DNA of 64,000 bases from Candidatus Multivorans sp. (GCA_965247095.1 OZ251997.1:3936001-4000000); one strand, 5' to 3'. Counted from the stretch's first letter, positions 20,801 to 30,031 are shown. A program made the numbers and translations. The notes: generated by a model not told the origin, from the sequence alone.

Positions 20801-21551
20801 ACAGGAACTCCGCCGGCTTGCCGCGGCGCCTCAGCCGCACCACCGAGCGGTCGTTCGCCCCTTCTCCGACCGTCCTGCAAACCCCTTTTCCCGTCACAAA
20901 TCCGGGGGCGCCGACGCGTATCGCGGTTGCTTTGTCGTCGGGCACTTCCAGAACGGCGCTGCCGGTGGTGGACGTGATGGCCGGTTCCAGCCAGACCTGC
21001 CAGCCCCTGTTTCCGGAGATCACCTCGTTGTTGCCCGGGTCGCTGGCTCGCGTCGGGACAACCACGGCGCCGGCGACCGGACCATCGCTGTCCTCTGCTA
21101 GAACTGTGAAGTTGCATTCCCGCTTTGCGATCCGGGGTGCCGGCGGCAGGTCGTCGCCGCCGGTGCCGGGCCGCCAGAGCCGTGCGACGGCCAAGCCTCC
21201 GTCATCGACCACGATCCACCAGTCCGACGGTGAGTCGAGAGACTCGGGCGGAATGCCAAGCCGTATCGTGTTCCGGAAGTTCCTAACCCGCTGCGGTGAG
21301 GACACGGGTGCCCCCTCCAGCAACTCGCGCCCGCACCTGAACGACGAGCAGGGTGCGTACAGTCGGATCTCACCTCCAGAGGCGCCAAGCCCGTCCGCAA
21401 GTCGAAGAGAGAACTCAGGGGTGACGGCTTGGGCTGCCGCCATTCCCGGAAGCATCAGGACCGTCAGGGAGAACGCGGCGCCGGCGGTGCGGCCTCTTGG
21501 GAAGCGGACTCTCAGCCCTTGGCACAATGAGATTCGTGCAGACTGGCTCAC
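17895..21551 (-). CDS. 1218-aa secreted protein with repeated carboxypeptidase-regulatory-like (beta-sandwich) domains
   Basis: Signal-like N-terminus and recurring GxVxDxxGxPvxGAxV...TDxxGxF motifs. Codon usage looks more AT-rich at third positions than the flanks. Confidence 0.75.
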   Translation of the reverse strand: MSQSARISLCQGLRVRFPRGRTAGAAFSLTVLMLPGMAAAQAVTPEFSLRLADGLGASGGEIRLYAPCSSFRCGRELLEGAPVSSPQRVRNFRNTIRLGIPPESLDSPSDWWIVVDDGGLAVARLWRPGTGGDDLPPAPRIAKRECNFTVLAEDSDGPVAGAVVVPTRASDPGNNEVISGNRGWQVWLEPAITSTTGSAVLEVPDDKATAIRVGAPGFVTGKGVCRTVGEGANDRSVVRLRRRGKPAEFLLRTTGQGRPLPGALVRDESGWPVALTDEKGRAVLDSTASEWQVETESGATYIGRLSQDLEAATIDLLPTSAFRRGVVSLDGVGVLTARSARDDLAPEAESPPVEYWLELPERPWSGLHRAMASLRRATLDGGFGIQMLPGDRVWFSTRGRGYDACSDADIASGACPALLPGLPIRGRVLDDRGRALEDVEIRLSRRPVRRGGPSLQQFLRTRHAGRFVSDRLPAPRHRLRDDVEVTIRHPGFLPIDAAHIGHYLTEIGEYVIRLQRGVVVSGTVVDRQSGNPVAGAEVGLGRFSAMGASVTLNRLSELRVGTSFLGRTGGDGRFVVRAPPGRRDFAVRSDGHAFRLIRGVEVGEVETLNMGAILLDPAVVLRGVVLDEAANPIRDASVTAIAQRAPDVFGRVTVGDLGDAVQLRTGDDGVFVVPGLTPEVRLDIEAVASGFASRTLRGLVPGAVDPVEIRLSRGAVLEGQMTLHGEPVSGTFELFGSSHRSSQDPLSGDLGYVTSGRTRDDGTFWIAHLAPDRYRLLLRSQNGASTRVVVELETGEERWLDVDLGGRSGRIFGRVTDRRHGLTGIAVVLHGVGETGTDARGRFAFDDVPAGSYLLEVDPGSGELAERKAVQVLGGKQQVNFDFGRYQVSGLAILEDEPADGAAWQLTFLASEGLRQDPPVHVGADGRFTAWLRQGTYDIGGEFGGRRIRSVKPFRVRGDTADAVLRLRLHAPPGRISGQVHGLTEGEINSLRVEAVDDDFAVREASINSDGTFLIDRVPAGEWAVAGTVGISGRRAVTRVKVRDSDTPADLVFAPGHSLKGVVHLDGAPWSGAQVLLLRNGEMTSARRQFTAHDGAFNFQDLASGRHTLAVGGEKRPVHIHGNEWADVHLQSGRAVGVVLDETALPQAGTIVLLWPAQASLREAEALGVTRRSWTDEEGRFEFDRVPSGDWSLQVAGRPNTNRKLRLAPASEVAVVVH

Positions 21552-21564
21552 TAACTTGGCTAAG

Positions 21565-21903
21565 CTAGCTGCAGGAACCGGCAGTGCCGGGAACGATCGT
21601 CGATGGATCGAAGGGGTTGCCGTTGGTGTCCAGGCAACGCAGTGTGTTGCCTTGGGGTGTCACCCCCCTTGTACCGATGCACTCAAAGTCGGGGCTCTCA
21701 CCCCCGGTTGGTGCTCCCCCGCACCACAAGCTTCCATAGAAATTGCCTGAAAGCGGGTCGTAGTCGACCCGATAGTACGCGCCGTCCTCCATGCTGCCTC
21801 CGCACTCCACTTTGTTGCCGATGTGGCTACTGCACCGGTCGGTGCCGCATCCAGCAAGGGAGACGAGTATGGACAGGATCAGGACTGTTTTAACAACTCT
21901 CAC
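21565..21903 (-). CDS. small Cys-rich lipoprotein
   Basis: AGGAGG RBS 8 nt before GTG; lipobox LAGC; 6 further Cys in about 95 aa. Confidence 0.7.
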   Translation of the reverse strand: MRVVKTVLILSILVSLAGCGTDRCSSHIGNKVECGGSMEDGAYYRVDYDPLSGNFYGSLWCGGAPTGGESPDFECIGTRGVTPQGNTLRCLDTNGNPFDPSTIVPGTAGSCS

Positions 21904-21918
21904 GACGAGCACCTCCTG

Positions 21919-22002
21919 TGTCAGAGGCGCCCGTGTCTGAGGTACGTCCTGTCTGACGTACGTCCTGTCTGAGGCACCTCGGGTGTTGAGCCTAGGATTG
22001 TA
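21919..22002 (-). promoter_or_regulatory. 5'UTR with four 15-16 bp repeats, plus a TACAAT -10 element
   Basis: TGTC(A/T)GA(G/C)G at 21919, 21934, 21950 and 21966; ATTGTA (TACAAT on minus) at 21997-22002. Confidence 0.55.
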
Positions 22003-22110
22003 GCGCACTTGCTTCCCTTTGCGACACCCGGACGGCGAGCTGTCCGCGAGTACCTTCACGGGACCGCTGACCACTCTGTTCGGGAGCCGCGAATGGCCCT
22101 GCCAAGCGAG

Positions 22111-22231
22111 GCCCATCGGCAGCGCCGACGTGGACGGCTTGTGCCGACCGCCAGGGCAAGGCTTGGATCGGCTGTGACGGCGAGATGACGATCCACCCGA
22201 ACCAGATCCCGATCGTCAAGGAGGTGTTCAC
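22111..22231 (+). pseudogene. degenerate fragment of the citE-like gene
   Basis: Encodes AWIGCDGEMTIHPNQIPIVKEVFT versus AWMGFEGKMTIHPNQIPIVNEVFT at about 17598-17669. Confidence 0.8.
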
Positions 22232-24568
22232 ATGACAAGGCACCTTCCGCGGAAACTCGAGGGTCTGTTGTTGGTCACCTGTGTGTGGCTGGGTGCCTGC
22301 GCTCCGCGCCCGGACCTGGTCGAAATCCTGGACCTCGTCCGGGAGTTCCACTACGCGGAGTCCGCCCAGGAACGTCCCCTGATCGATCTCGGGACGGCGT
22401 CGGCGTCCGCTTCGCTCGTGGACGGTTGGTCCTGGAACGAGGTGGCTCCCGGGGGCGACACCTTCGTATGGGCCGTTGGGCCGCGTTCCGAGGTTGGGGT
22501 GTTTCTGGCGTGGGCGCGGGATCTGGAGGTCCGCATGCGGTGCCGCACGTACCGTTATCCGGGAGCACCGCGGCAGCGGGTGGCGGTTCTGTGGGACGGC
22601 ATGAAGGCGGCCGAGATCGGGCCGGGCCCGGGTTTCGGGGAGCAGGGCTTCACCGTACCGGCCGAACTGGCGACCGCCGGCAACCACCGGCTGAGCTTCG
22701 AGCCGGCGTACTTCGGCCGGCCGGCCGGGTCTCTGGACCGCAACGGTTCGCCGGCGCCCCGGCATCCGAGGAAGCTCTCCTTCGGGTGCGACTGGATCGA
22801 GATCGGCAGGGGGCCGGAACCCGGCGTGGCCCGAGGAGAAGGGGGCACGCTGTGGATCCCGGCGGCGACGGAGGTCTCCTTCTTCCTGGAGCCGGAGCGG
22901 GACCTGGAACTCCGGTGGGAGAGCCTCTCCGCTCGCGGCGGCAGCCGGCTCGAAGTGGTGTGGGAGGTCGAGGGTGCGGAGCCCGTCGCCGCGGCGGTGA
23001 CGCGGGACTCCGAGCCGGTGCTCGACCTGCCGCTGCCGGCCGGGACGGAGATCGGGAGCGAGATTGGAACGTCACGAACGCAAGGCGACCCTGGGGCCGG
23101 GGAACACGACGTTCCGGGCATCCTCCCGGCCCGGTTGACCCTGCGGGCAGCGGCGGGCGAACCGGGAGCGGCCGAAGAACCGGGCGTGGCCGTTCGTTCG
23201 GCCCGGCTGATGGGGAAGGCGCCGGCGCTCGCCGGGAGGGAGGCGGCGTCCGGCGGTTCGCGGCCGCCGGAACCGGAGCAGAACCGACCCGAATCCATGC
23301 TGCTCTGGATCGTCGACACATTGCGGGTCGACCGGCTCGGCTTCTACGGCCACGGCCGGCCGGTGTCGCCGAACTTTGACGCCTTGGCGGGGCGGTCCAC
23401 GGTGTTCGAGCGGGCGATCGCCCAGTCGTCGTGGACCCGGCCCACCGTCGCCACCCTGCTCACCGGCGTCGGGCCCGAGCGGCATGGCATCCGGGAGCTG
23501 AGCCACGGCCTGGAGGAGTCCTTCGCCACCCTGCCGGAGCGGTTGAGGGAACTCGGCTACGCGACCTCGGGTTTCTCGGCGAACGCGAACGTGACCGGCG
23601 ATACCGGGTTCGAACAGGGGTTCGACCGCTTCGAGTACGCGGCGGTCGATGCCGACGAACTGGTCGAGCGGGCGCTCACGTGGCTGGACGAACTGACCGC
23701 CCGGTCGCCGGAACAGCCGTTCTTTCTGATGATCCTGAGCGTGGAGCCGCACGCCTCCTTCGCGCCGGCGGAGCCTTTCCGCAGTCGATTCGCGGCTGGA
23801 GTCGACGATCCCGAACTGGGCTCGGTGGCCCACATGAGGGCGCTGAGCAGCAAGAAGGCCCCTTCGACACCGGACGTGGTGGAGAAGCTGTTCCTGCTCT
23901 ACGACGCGGAGATCGCCTGGAACGATCACGTCTTCGGGGAGCTGCAGGACGCGTTGGACCGGCGGGGCCGGGACCCTCTCATCGTCGTCGTTGCGGATCA
24001 CGGTGAGGCGTTCGAGGAGCGCGGCGTCTTCGGTCACGCGTGGGACCTTCACCGCGAGGTGCTGGACATCCCCTTCCTGATCCACCGGCCGGGGCAGACC
24101 GAGGCCCGTCGCGTGCCGCTGCCCGTTCAGCAGGCGGACCTCCTGCCGACGCTGATCGACGTCGCCGGCGGCGAGCCTGGGCCAGACATCGAGGGCGACA
24201 GTTTGGCGCCGCTGCTCCAGGGCGGCGCCGCGGACGCCGGCTTGCACGGGCACGACCTTGCCGATCGTCGGCTGCTCTCGACGATGGACACCTTCCGCCG
24301 GCCCGCCGCGTCCCTGGTCCGCGGCCGCTACAAGCTGATCGAACTGCGCCGCCCCGGGCGCGCGCCGAGTCGGCAACTGTTCGACTGGGTGGAAGACCCG
24401 GAGGAGCGGCGCGATCTGGCCGCCGAACGGCCGATCCTGGCTGGTCGCCTGGCCCGGCTGCTGCGTGAGCAGTTGGAACACTCCGGGCGCGACGGCGTGC
24501 CGGCGCCGGAAGTCGAAGTGGACGAGGACACACGCCGCCGGCTCCAGGCCCTCGGCTACATCGAGTAG
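22232..24568 (+). CDS. sulfatase-like (alkaline phosphatase superfamily) lipoprotein with N-terminal accessory domains
   Basis: LGAC lipobox; IVDTLRVD, SSWTRPT, YDAEI, ADHGE and RLQALGYI. Confidence 0.85.
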   Translation: MTRHLPRKLEGLLLVTCVWLGACAPRPDLVEILDLVREFHYAESAQERPLIDLGTASASASLVDGWSWNEVAPGGDTFVWAVGPRSEVGVFLAWARDLEVRMRCRTYRYPGAPRQRVAVLWDGMKAAEIGPGPGFGEQGFTVPAELATAGNHRLSFEPAYFGRPAGSLDRNGSPAPRHPRKLSFGCDWIEIGRGPEPGVARGEGGTLWIPAATEVSFFLEPERDLELRWESLSARGGSRLEVVWEVEGAEPVAAAVTRDSEPVLDLPLPAGTEIGSEIGTSRTQGDPGAGEHDVPGILPARLTLRAAAGEPGAAEEPGVAVRSARLMGKAPALAGREAASGGSRPPEPEQNRPESMLLWIVDTLRVDRLGFYGHGRPVSPNFDALAGRSTVFERAIAQSSWTRPTVATLLTGVGPERHGIRELSHGLEESFATLPERLRELGYATSGFSANANVTGDTGFEQGFDRFEYAAVDADELVERALTWLDELTARSPEQPFFLMILSVEPHASFAPAEPFRSRFAAGVDDPELGSVAHMRALSSKKAPSTPDVVEKLFLLYDAEIAWNDHVFGELQDALDRRGRDPLIVVVADHGEAFEERGVFGHAWDLHREVLDIPFLIHRPGQTEARRVPLPVQQADLLPTLIDVAGGEPGPDIEGDSLAPLLQGGAADAGLHGHDLADRRLLSTMDTFRRPAASLVRGRYKLIELRRPGRAPSRQLFDWVEDPEERRDLAAERPILAGRLARLLREQLEHSGRDGVPAPEVEVDEDTRRRLQALGYIE

Positions 24569-24631
24569 CCGTGCGGGGAGCCGCCTCCGCCCCGTGGTCG
24601 AGTGCCGTCGGCTGCTAGGCTGCCGCCTCGC

Positions 24632-25390
24632 GTGAACAAGCACTTCCCCGGCATCGGCGCCCTGCTGGCGATTGCCCTGCTGCTGCCCTCGGGCGGGTCG
24701 GCGGCGGCGGACCCCTCGATCGAGGAACTGATGCTCGCCGCCGACGACATGCTCCGCGGCGAGTCCAGCGAGAGCCGGATCACGATGCGGATCAAGACGG
24801 AACGCTGGCAGCGGGAGTTGCGGCTCCACATCCTGTCCGAGGGCAGCGAGAAGTTCCTGGCGCGGATCGAGGCGCCGGCGAAGGAGCGGGGTACGACGAC
24901 GCTCAAGGTCGAGCAGAACATCTGGAACTACCTGCCCAAGGTCGACCGCACGATCAAGGTGCCGGGCTCCATGCTCTCGGCGGGCTGGATGGGCAGCCAC
25001 TTCACGAACGACGATCTGGTCCGCGAATCCCGCTACAGCGAGGACTTCGAGTGCGACTTCCGGCAACGCCCGGAAGGTTCCTCCGGGCACTGGCTGGTGC
25101 GCTGTGTACCGCGGCCCGACGCGCCGGTCGTGTGGGGTGCGGTCGACATCCGCTTCCGGGCGGAGGATCTACTTCCGGATCGGGTCGAGTTCCTGGACGA
25201 GCGGACCGAGTTGGTGCGGACGATCAGCTATGAGGACATTGGCCGGCTGGGCGGCAAGACGCTGCCGCGGCGCATTCGCGTCTATCCGGCCGACGACTCC
25301 GGGGAGTTCACCGAGATCGTCTACGAGGAGTTGGCGTTCGACATCGAGCTGCCGCCGGGGACCTTCTCCCTGCAGTCGCTTCGCCAGTAG
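24632..25390 (+). CDS. outer membrane lipoprotein-sorting (LolA-like) protein
   Basis: Signal peptide; WNYLPKVDRTIK and WMGSHFTNDDL. Confidence 0.8.
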   Translation: MNKHFPGIGALLAIALLLPSGGSAAADPSIEELMLAADDMLRGESSESRITMRIKTERWQRELRLHILSEGSEKFLARIEAPAKERGTTTLKVEQNIWNYLPKVDRTIKVPGSMLSAGWMGSHFTNDDLVRESRYSEDFECDFRQRPEGSSGHWLVRCVPRPDAPVVWGAVDIRFRAEDLLPDRVEFLDERTELVRTISYEDIGRLGGKTLPRRIRVYPADDSGEFTEIVYEELAFDIELPPGTFSLQSLRQ

Positions 25391-25402
25391 CGGGACGCGG
25401 GC

Positions 25403-26629
25403 ATGAAGCTCCTCCGCATGGCGTGGCGCAACCTGTGGCGCAACAGCCGTCGCACCCTGGTCACCGTCGGCGCGATGACGCTGGCGCTGTGGACGATGGT
25501 GATCTACACGTCGCTCATGGAGGGAATGCTTGGCAGCATGGAGAGCACCCTGCTCGACGTGGAGCTGGGTGAGATCCAGGTCCACGCGGAGGGCTACCGG
25601 GAACGGCCGTCGATCTGGGAGCGGATCGAGGATCCCGATGCGCTGCTCGAGGCCCTGGACGAGACGGGGCTCCGCTCCAGTGCGCGTCTGCTCGGCGGCG
25701 GCCTGGTCGCTTCAGGCGACGCGTCGACCGGGGCGCTGCTCAAGGGTCTGCAGCCGGAGCGCGACGCCCTGGTCAGCGACGTCTACCAGCGGCTCGATCG
25801 GGGCGAGTGGCTTGACGCGTCCGATCCCTCCGGCGTCGTGCTCGGCTACCGGTTGGCGCGCACGCTGGCGGTGGAGCCCGGCGACGAACTGGTCGCGCTC
25901 AGCCAGGCCACGGACGGCAGCATGGCGAACGACCTGTTTCGGGTGCGCGGCGTGCTCCAGAGCCTGAGTGAGGAGACGGACCGTGCGACGGTGTTCCTGC
26001 TCGAGGACCAGTTCCGGAGCTTCTTCGCCCTGGAGGACGGGGCGCACCAGGTCATCGTCCGCAGCGGGGAGGGTCAGGATCTGACCGCGACGGCAGGTGT
26101 CGTCGCCGATGCCGCGGCCATAAGCTCCCCCGAGGCCGAGGTGCGGAGTTGGCGCGAACTCCTGCCGGGTCTGGCCAACATCTTCGATTCGGCTCAAGCC
26201 GCCGTCCAGGTGGTGGCGTTCATCGTGTACGTGGTGATCGCGATCCTGATCCTGAACGCGATGCTGATGGCGGTCTTCGAACGGATCCGGGAGTTCGGTG
26301 TGCTCAAGGCGATCGGGGTGTCGCCGGGGAGGGTTCTTGCGCTCATTCTGGTGGAGGGGGCATTGCAGACCGCCCTGGCGATTGGGCTGGGCCTGATCGC
26401 GAGCCTGCCGGCCCTGTGGTTCGTCGTCGAGCGGGGGATCGATGTCGGGACCTTGGGCGGGACGGCGCTGATGGGTGTCTCGATGGATCAGGTCTGGACC
26501 GGCGCGATCAGTCCGGCCACGATCGCGGGTCCGGTCGCGATCCTGGGGTTTATCGTCGCGCTGGCGGTGCTGTTCCCGGCGATCAAGGCGGCGCGGATCA
26601 GCCCGATCGAGGCGATCCACCACCAGTAG
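25403..26629 (+). CDS. ABC transporter permease (MacB/LolC/FtsX family)
   Basis: AWRNLWRNSRRT and ERIREFGVLKAIG. Confidence 0.9.
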   Translation: MKLLRMAWRNLWRNSRRTLVTVGAMTLALWTMVIYTSLMEGMLGSMESTLLDVELGEIQVHAEGYRERPSIWERIEDPDALLEALDETGLRSSARLLGGGLVASGDASTGALLKGLQPERDALVSDVYQRLDRGEWLDASDPSGVVLGYRLARTLAVEPGDELVALSQATDGSMANDLFRVRGVLQSLSEETDRATVFLLEDQFRSFFALEDGAHQVIVRSGEGQDLTATAGVVADAAAISSPEAEVRSWRELLPGLANIFDSAQAAVQVVAFIVYVVIAILILNAMLMAVFERIREFGVLKAIGVSPGRVLALILVEGALQTALAIGLGLIASLPALWFVVERGIDVGTLGGTALMGVSMDQVWTGAISPATIAGPVAILGFIVALAVLFPAIKAARISPIEAIHHQ

Positions 26630-26660
26630 CTACGGTGAACGCGGGAAGAGGAGGTCGAAA

Positions 26661-27908
26661 ATGAGCGGACCCAACCTGCCGGCGCTGGCCTGGCGCAACC
26701 TGTGGCGCAACCGCCGGCGTACCCTGCTGACGATGGGCTCGATCGTCTTCGGCGTCTTCCTGGCGGTCGTCTTCACCGCCATGCAGGACCGCAACTGGAA
26801 GGACATGATCGACCTCGCCGCCAGGCTCGGAGGCGGTCACGTCAGCCTGCAGCATACGGAGTACCTCGACAAGCCGACGCTGACCCGCACCGTCGTCCGC
26901 GGCGAAGGGATCCAGGCGGCGCTCGAGAGCCAGAACCGCCGGGTCGCACACGCCGTCGACCGGGTGATCGGACCGACGTTGCTGGCGACGGCGGGCGAGA
27001 ACTTCAGCGCCGCCTTCATCGCCTTCGATCCGGAGGCCGAGGATCTGACGACGCTGTCGATCCTGGAGGCCATGGATGAGGGCTCGGTGTTCGAGTCGGC
27101 CGGCAGCGACGGCGTGGTTCTGGGGCATCGGTTGGCCAGCAACCTGGGGATGGAGCTGGGCGACAAGGTGGTCTTCACCCTGACCGACAAGAACGGCGAG
27201 ATCGTGAGCGGCCTGGCGCGGTTGCGGGGGACCCTCCGGACCAACGCCCCCACCGTCGACGGCGGGTTCTGCCTGCTGCCGCTCGACACCGTACGGGACT
27301 TGCTTGGCTACGGCGACAACGAGGCCACCATGGTCGCCGTGTTTCTTCACGATCAGCGGCAGAGCGGTCGGGTCGCCGGCCGGTTGGACCGGGAACTCGG
27401 CGCCGCCGTGGCGGCCGTGCCCTGGAACACGAGCCAGCCGCAACTGGCGGCGTTCATCGCGCTCAAGGTCGGCGGCGCGGTGGTGATGGAGATCCTGATC
27501 GCCTTCCTGGTCGCGGCCGGGATCTTCAACACCCTCTTCGTCAGCGTGATGGAGCGGCTGCGGGAGTTCGGGATCATGCTGGCCATCGGCTGGAGCCCGG
27601 GCCGGCTGTTCCGGCTGGTCATGATGGAGAGCGTGTGGCTGGCGGCGCTCGGTCTCGCCGGCGCCTTCCTGGTCACGGCCGGGCCCTACGTCTACCTGTC
27701 CTCGACCGGTCTCGACATGACCGCGATCTACGGCGGTACGGTGGAGGTCGCCGGCGTCGGCCTCGATCCGGTGCTCAAGATCGGCATCTTCCCGCGCAAC
27801 GCGGTGATGATCGGTCTGTTCGCGGTCGCGGCCACCCTGGCTTCAGGCATCTATCCAGCCTGGCGCGCGGGCAGGGTGGCGCCCGCCTTGACGATCAAGG
27901 TGATGTGA
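26661..27908 (+). CDS. ABC transporter permease (MacB/LolC/FtsX family)
   Basis: AWRNLWRNRRRT and ERLREFGIMLAIG. Confidence 0.9.
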   Translation: MSGPNLPALAWRNLWRNRRRTLLTMGSIVFGVFLAVVFTAMQDRNWKDMIDLAARLGGGHVSLQHTEYLDKPTLTRTVVRGEGIQAALESQNRRVAHAVDRVIGPTLLATAGENFSAAFIAFDPEAEDLTTLSILEAMDEGSVFESAGSDGVVLGHRLASNLGMELGDKVVFTLTDKNGEIVSGLARLRGTLRTNAPTVDGGFCLLPLDTVRDLLGYGDNEATMVAVFLHDQRQSGRVAGRLDRELGAAVAAVPWNTSQPQLAAFIALKVGGAVVMEILIAFLVAAGIFNTLFVSVMERLREFGIMLAIGWSPGRLFRLVMMESVWLAALGLAGAFLVTAGPYVYLSSTGLDMTAIYGGTVEVAGVGLDPVLKIGIFPRNAVMIGLFAVAATLASGIYPAWRAGRVAPALTIKVM

Positions 27909-27909
27909 A

Positions 27910-28602
27910 GTGGGCGGCGATCCGATCATCTCGCTTAGTTCTGTGACCAAGGTCTACCGGCAGGGCAGCGTGGACATCCACGCCCTTCGGGGTCTCTCTC
28001 TGGACATCGAACCCGGCGAGTTCACCGCCATCTGCGGCCCCTCCGGGTCCGGCAAGACGACCACGCTGAACCTGGTCGGGGCGCTTGACTCCATGACCTC
28101 GGGTTCGATCGTGCTCGACGGGCAGGAGTTGGGCAGCCTGAACAAGAAGCAGTTGAGCGCGCTGCGCCGCGACCGGATCGGCTTCGTGTTCCAGGCCTAC
28201 AACCTGATGCCGGTGCTCACGGCGTATGAGAACGCGGAGATGGTGCTCTGGGTGCAGGGCGTCGACGCGGCGACCCGTCGCGAACGGGTGATGGGACTGC
28301 TCGAACATGTGGGGCTCAAGGGCATGGAGGATCGCCGGCCGTCCGAACTGTCGGGGGGACAGCAGCAGCGGGTCGCGATCGCCCGCGCCATCGCCAGCAA
28401 TCCAGCGGTGGTGCTTGCCGACGAGCCGACGGCGAACGTCGACTCCGAGACCGCGGAGACCCTGCTGGGCTTGATGGAGACGCTCAACCGGGAGCAGGGC
28501 GTGACCTTCCTGTTCTCGACCCACGATCCGCAAGTGATGGAACGGGCGCGCCGCGTGGTGCGCCTGGTCGATGGCAGCGTCGCGAGCGACGAACGCCGCT
28601 GA
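27910..28602 (+). CDS. ABC transporter ATP-binding protein (LolD-like)
   Basis: GPSGSGKT, LSGGQQQRV, ADEPT and STHD. Confidence 0.93.
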   Translation: MGGDPIISLSSVTKVYRQGSVDIHALRGLSLDIEPGEFTAICGPSGSGKTTTLNLVGALDSMTSGSIVLDGQELGSLNKKQLSALRRDRIGFVFQAYNLMPVLTAYENAEMVLWVQGVDAATRRERVMGLLEHVGLKGMEDRRPSELSGGQQQRVAIARAIASNPAVVLADEPTANVDSETAETLLGLMETLNREQGVTFLFSTHDPQVMERARRVVRLVDGSVASDERR

Positions 28603-29884
28603 CTGGCTGCCTTGGCCGGCCGGCGCGGTGGCCGTGGCGATGCTGCTGGCCGCGGCAACGCCGTCGGCGGGGCAGACCGTGGTGGGCGGCGACGTGCGGA
28701 TGTTCGCCTTCCAGGTCCTGGAAGAGATCGATGTCGACGGCGATGAGGACACCTCCGCCGGGGACGCTTCGGCCGACGACGCTGCGATCGGCGGCGCCGG
28801 CGGCGCAGGGCTCGGGATCCTGCGACTCAAGCTCGACTCCCGGTGGCGGGCGGGATCCCGCGACAGCTTCCGCCTCGAGGCGCACGGTGTGGCGCAGGCG
28901 GTGTCGCCACCTGGCAGCGGCGCCGTCACGTCGGTGGCGACCGGCGCCACGCGGCGCTTCTTCGACCTGGAGTCCGACTCGTTCGGCGGCGGCGATGTGG
29001 CGGGCGCCACCGAGATCGACCGCTTCAACCTGCGCTGGGACCGGCCCGGCTTCCGGATGGTGTTCGGGCGTCAAGCGATCACCTGGGGAGTGAACTACTT
29101 CTGGCCCGTGCTCGACCTGTTCGCTCCGTTCGCGCCGCAGCGCATCGATCGCGACTACAAGCCCGGAGTCGACGCGCTGCGGTTCACGGTGCCGGTGGGC
29201 GACTTCTCCGAGGTCGAGGTCATCGCGGCCAGCCAGGGCGCGCGGACCCCCGACGACCTGAGCTTCGCCTCCCTGGGCCGCTTCCACAGCGACCTCGGCG
29301 AGGGCGACTCGAGCGTCGACTTCGGCTACATGGTCGGCGGCTTCCACCGCGACCTGGTCCTCGGCGGCTTCTTCTCGGCCGACGTCTGCGGCACCGGCCT
29401 GCGCGGCGAAGTCTCCTGGACCAGTCCGGGCTGCGATCCGCGGAGTGGTCACCCGGTGTTCGGCTGCGGCGACTTCTGGCGCTTCACGGTGGGCGTCGAC
29501 CGGCTGCTGACGCCGACCCTGACCCTGATCGCCGAGGCGAGCTGGAACGGCTTCGGCGCCGGCGACCCCGGGGACTACGCGCGGCTTGCCAAGGCCGACC
29601 GCGCAAGCCGCGGCGAAGTCGCGTCGCTTGGGCGCCGCTACGCCGGTCTCTCCCTGGGGTGGCAGGCCCACCCGCTGCTGACCATAAGCGGCGCTCTTCT
29701 TTTCAACCGTGACGATTCCTCGGCGCTGTTTCAACCAGGCATCGCCTGGTCCGTGTCCGACCAGGTGTCCGTCAACGCGGGCCTGATCGTGTCGACCGGC
29801 CGGGGCATCCGGGACGGGGTTCTGGGCAGTGAGTACGGGGCGGTGCCGGTGGTGGCCTGGTCGTCCCTGACGGCCTACTTCTAG
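28571..29884 (+). CDS. putative outer-membrane beta-barrel protein of the ABC/LolA-like operon
   Basis: Signal peptide, GRQAITWG, amphipathic strands and C-terminal ...AYF. Confidence 0.65.
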   Translation: MAASRATNAADWLPWPAGAVAVAMLLAAATPSAGQTVVGGDVRMFAFQVLEEIDVDGDEDTSAGDASADDAAIGGAGGAGLGILRLKLDSRWRAGSRDSFRLEAHGVAQAVSPPGSGAVTSVATGATRRFFDLESDSFGGGDVAGATEIDRFNLRWDRPGFRMVFGRQAITWGVNYFWPVLDLFAPFAPQRIDRDYKPGVDALRFTVPVGDFSEVEVIAASQGARTPDDLSFASLGRFHSDLGEGDSSVDFGYMVGGFHRDLVLGGFFSADVCGTGLRGEVSWTSPGCDPRSGHPVFGCGDFWRFTVGVDRLLTPTLTLIAEASWNGFGAGDPGDYARLAKADRASRGEVASLGRRYAGLSLGWQAHPLLTISGALLFNRDDSSALFQPGIAWSVSDQVSVNAGLIVSTGRGIRDGVLGSEYGAVPVVAWSSLTAYF

Positions 29885-30031
29885 GAGTCGAGTCGCGGCG
29901 TCCGCGCCGCGCTGACGCACAGGAAACATGGCTTGTTCCATGCGAGCTACTCGCATGGAACTGGCCGCGGACTGGGTGCGCCGGCGTCCGCTTCGAAAGG
30001 CGGTTCCATGCGAGCTTTGCGGCTCGGCGAT

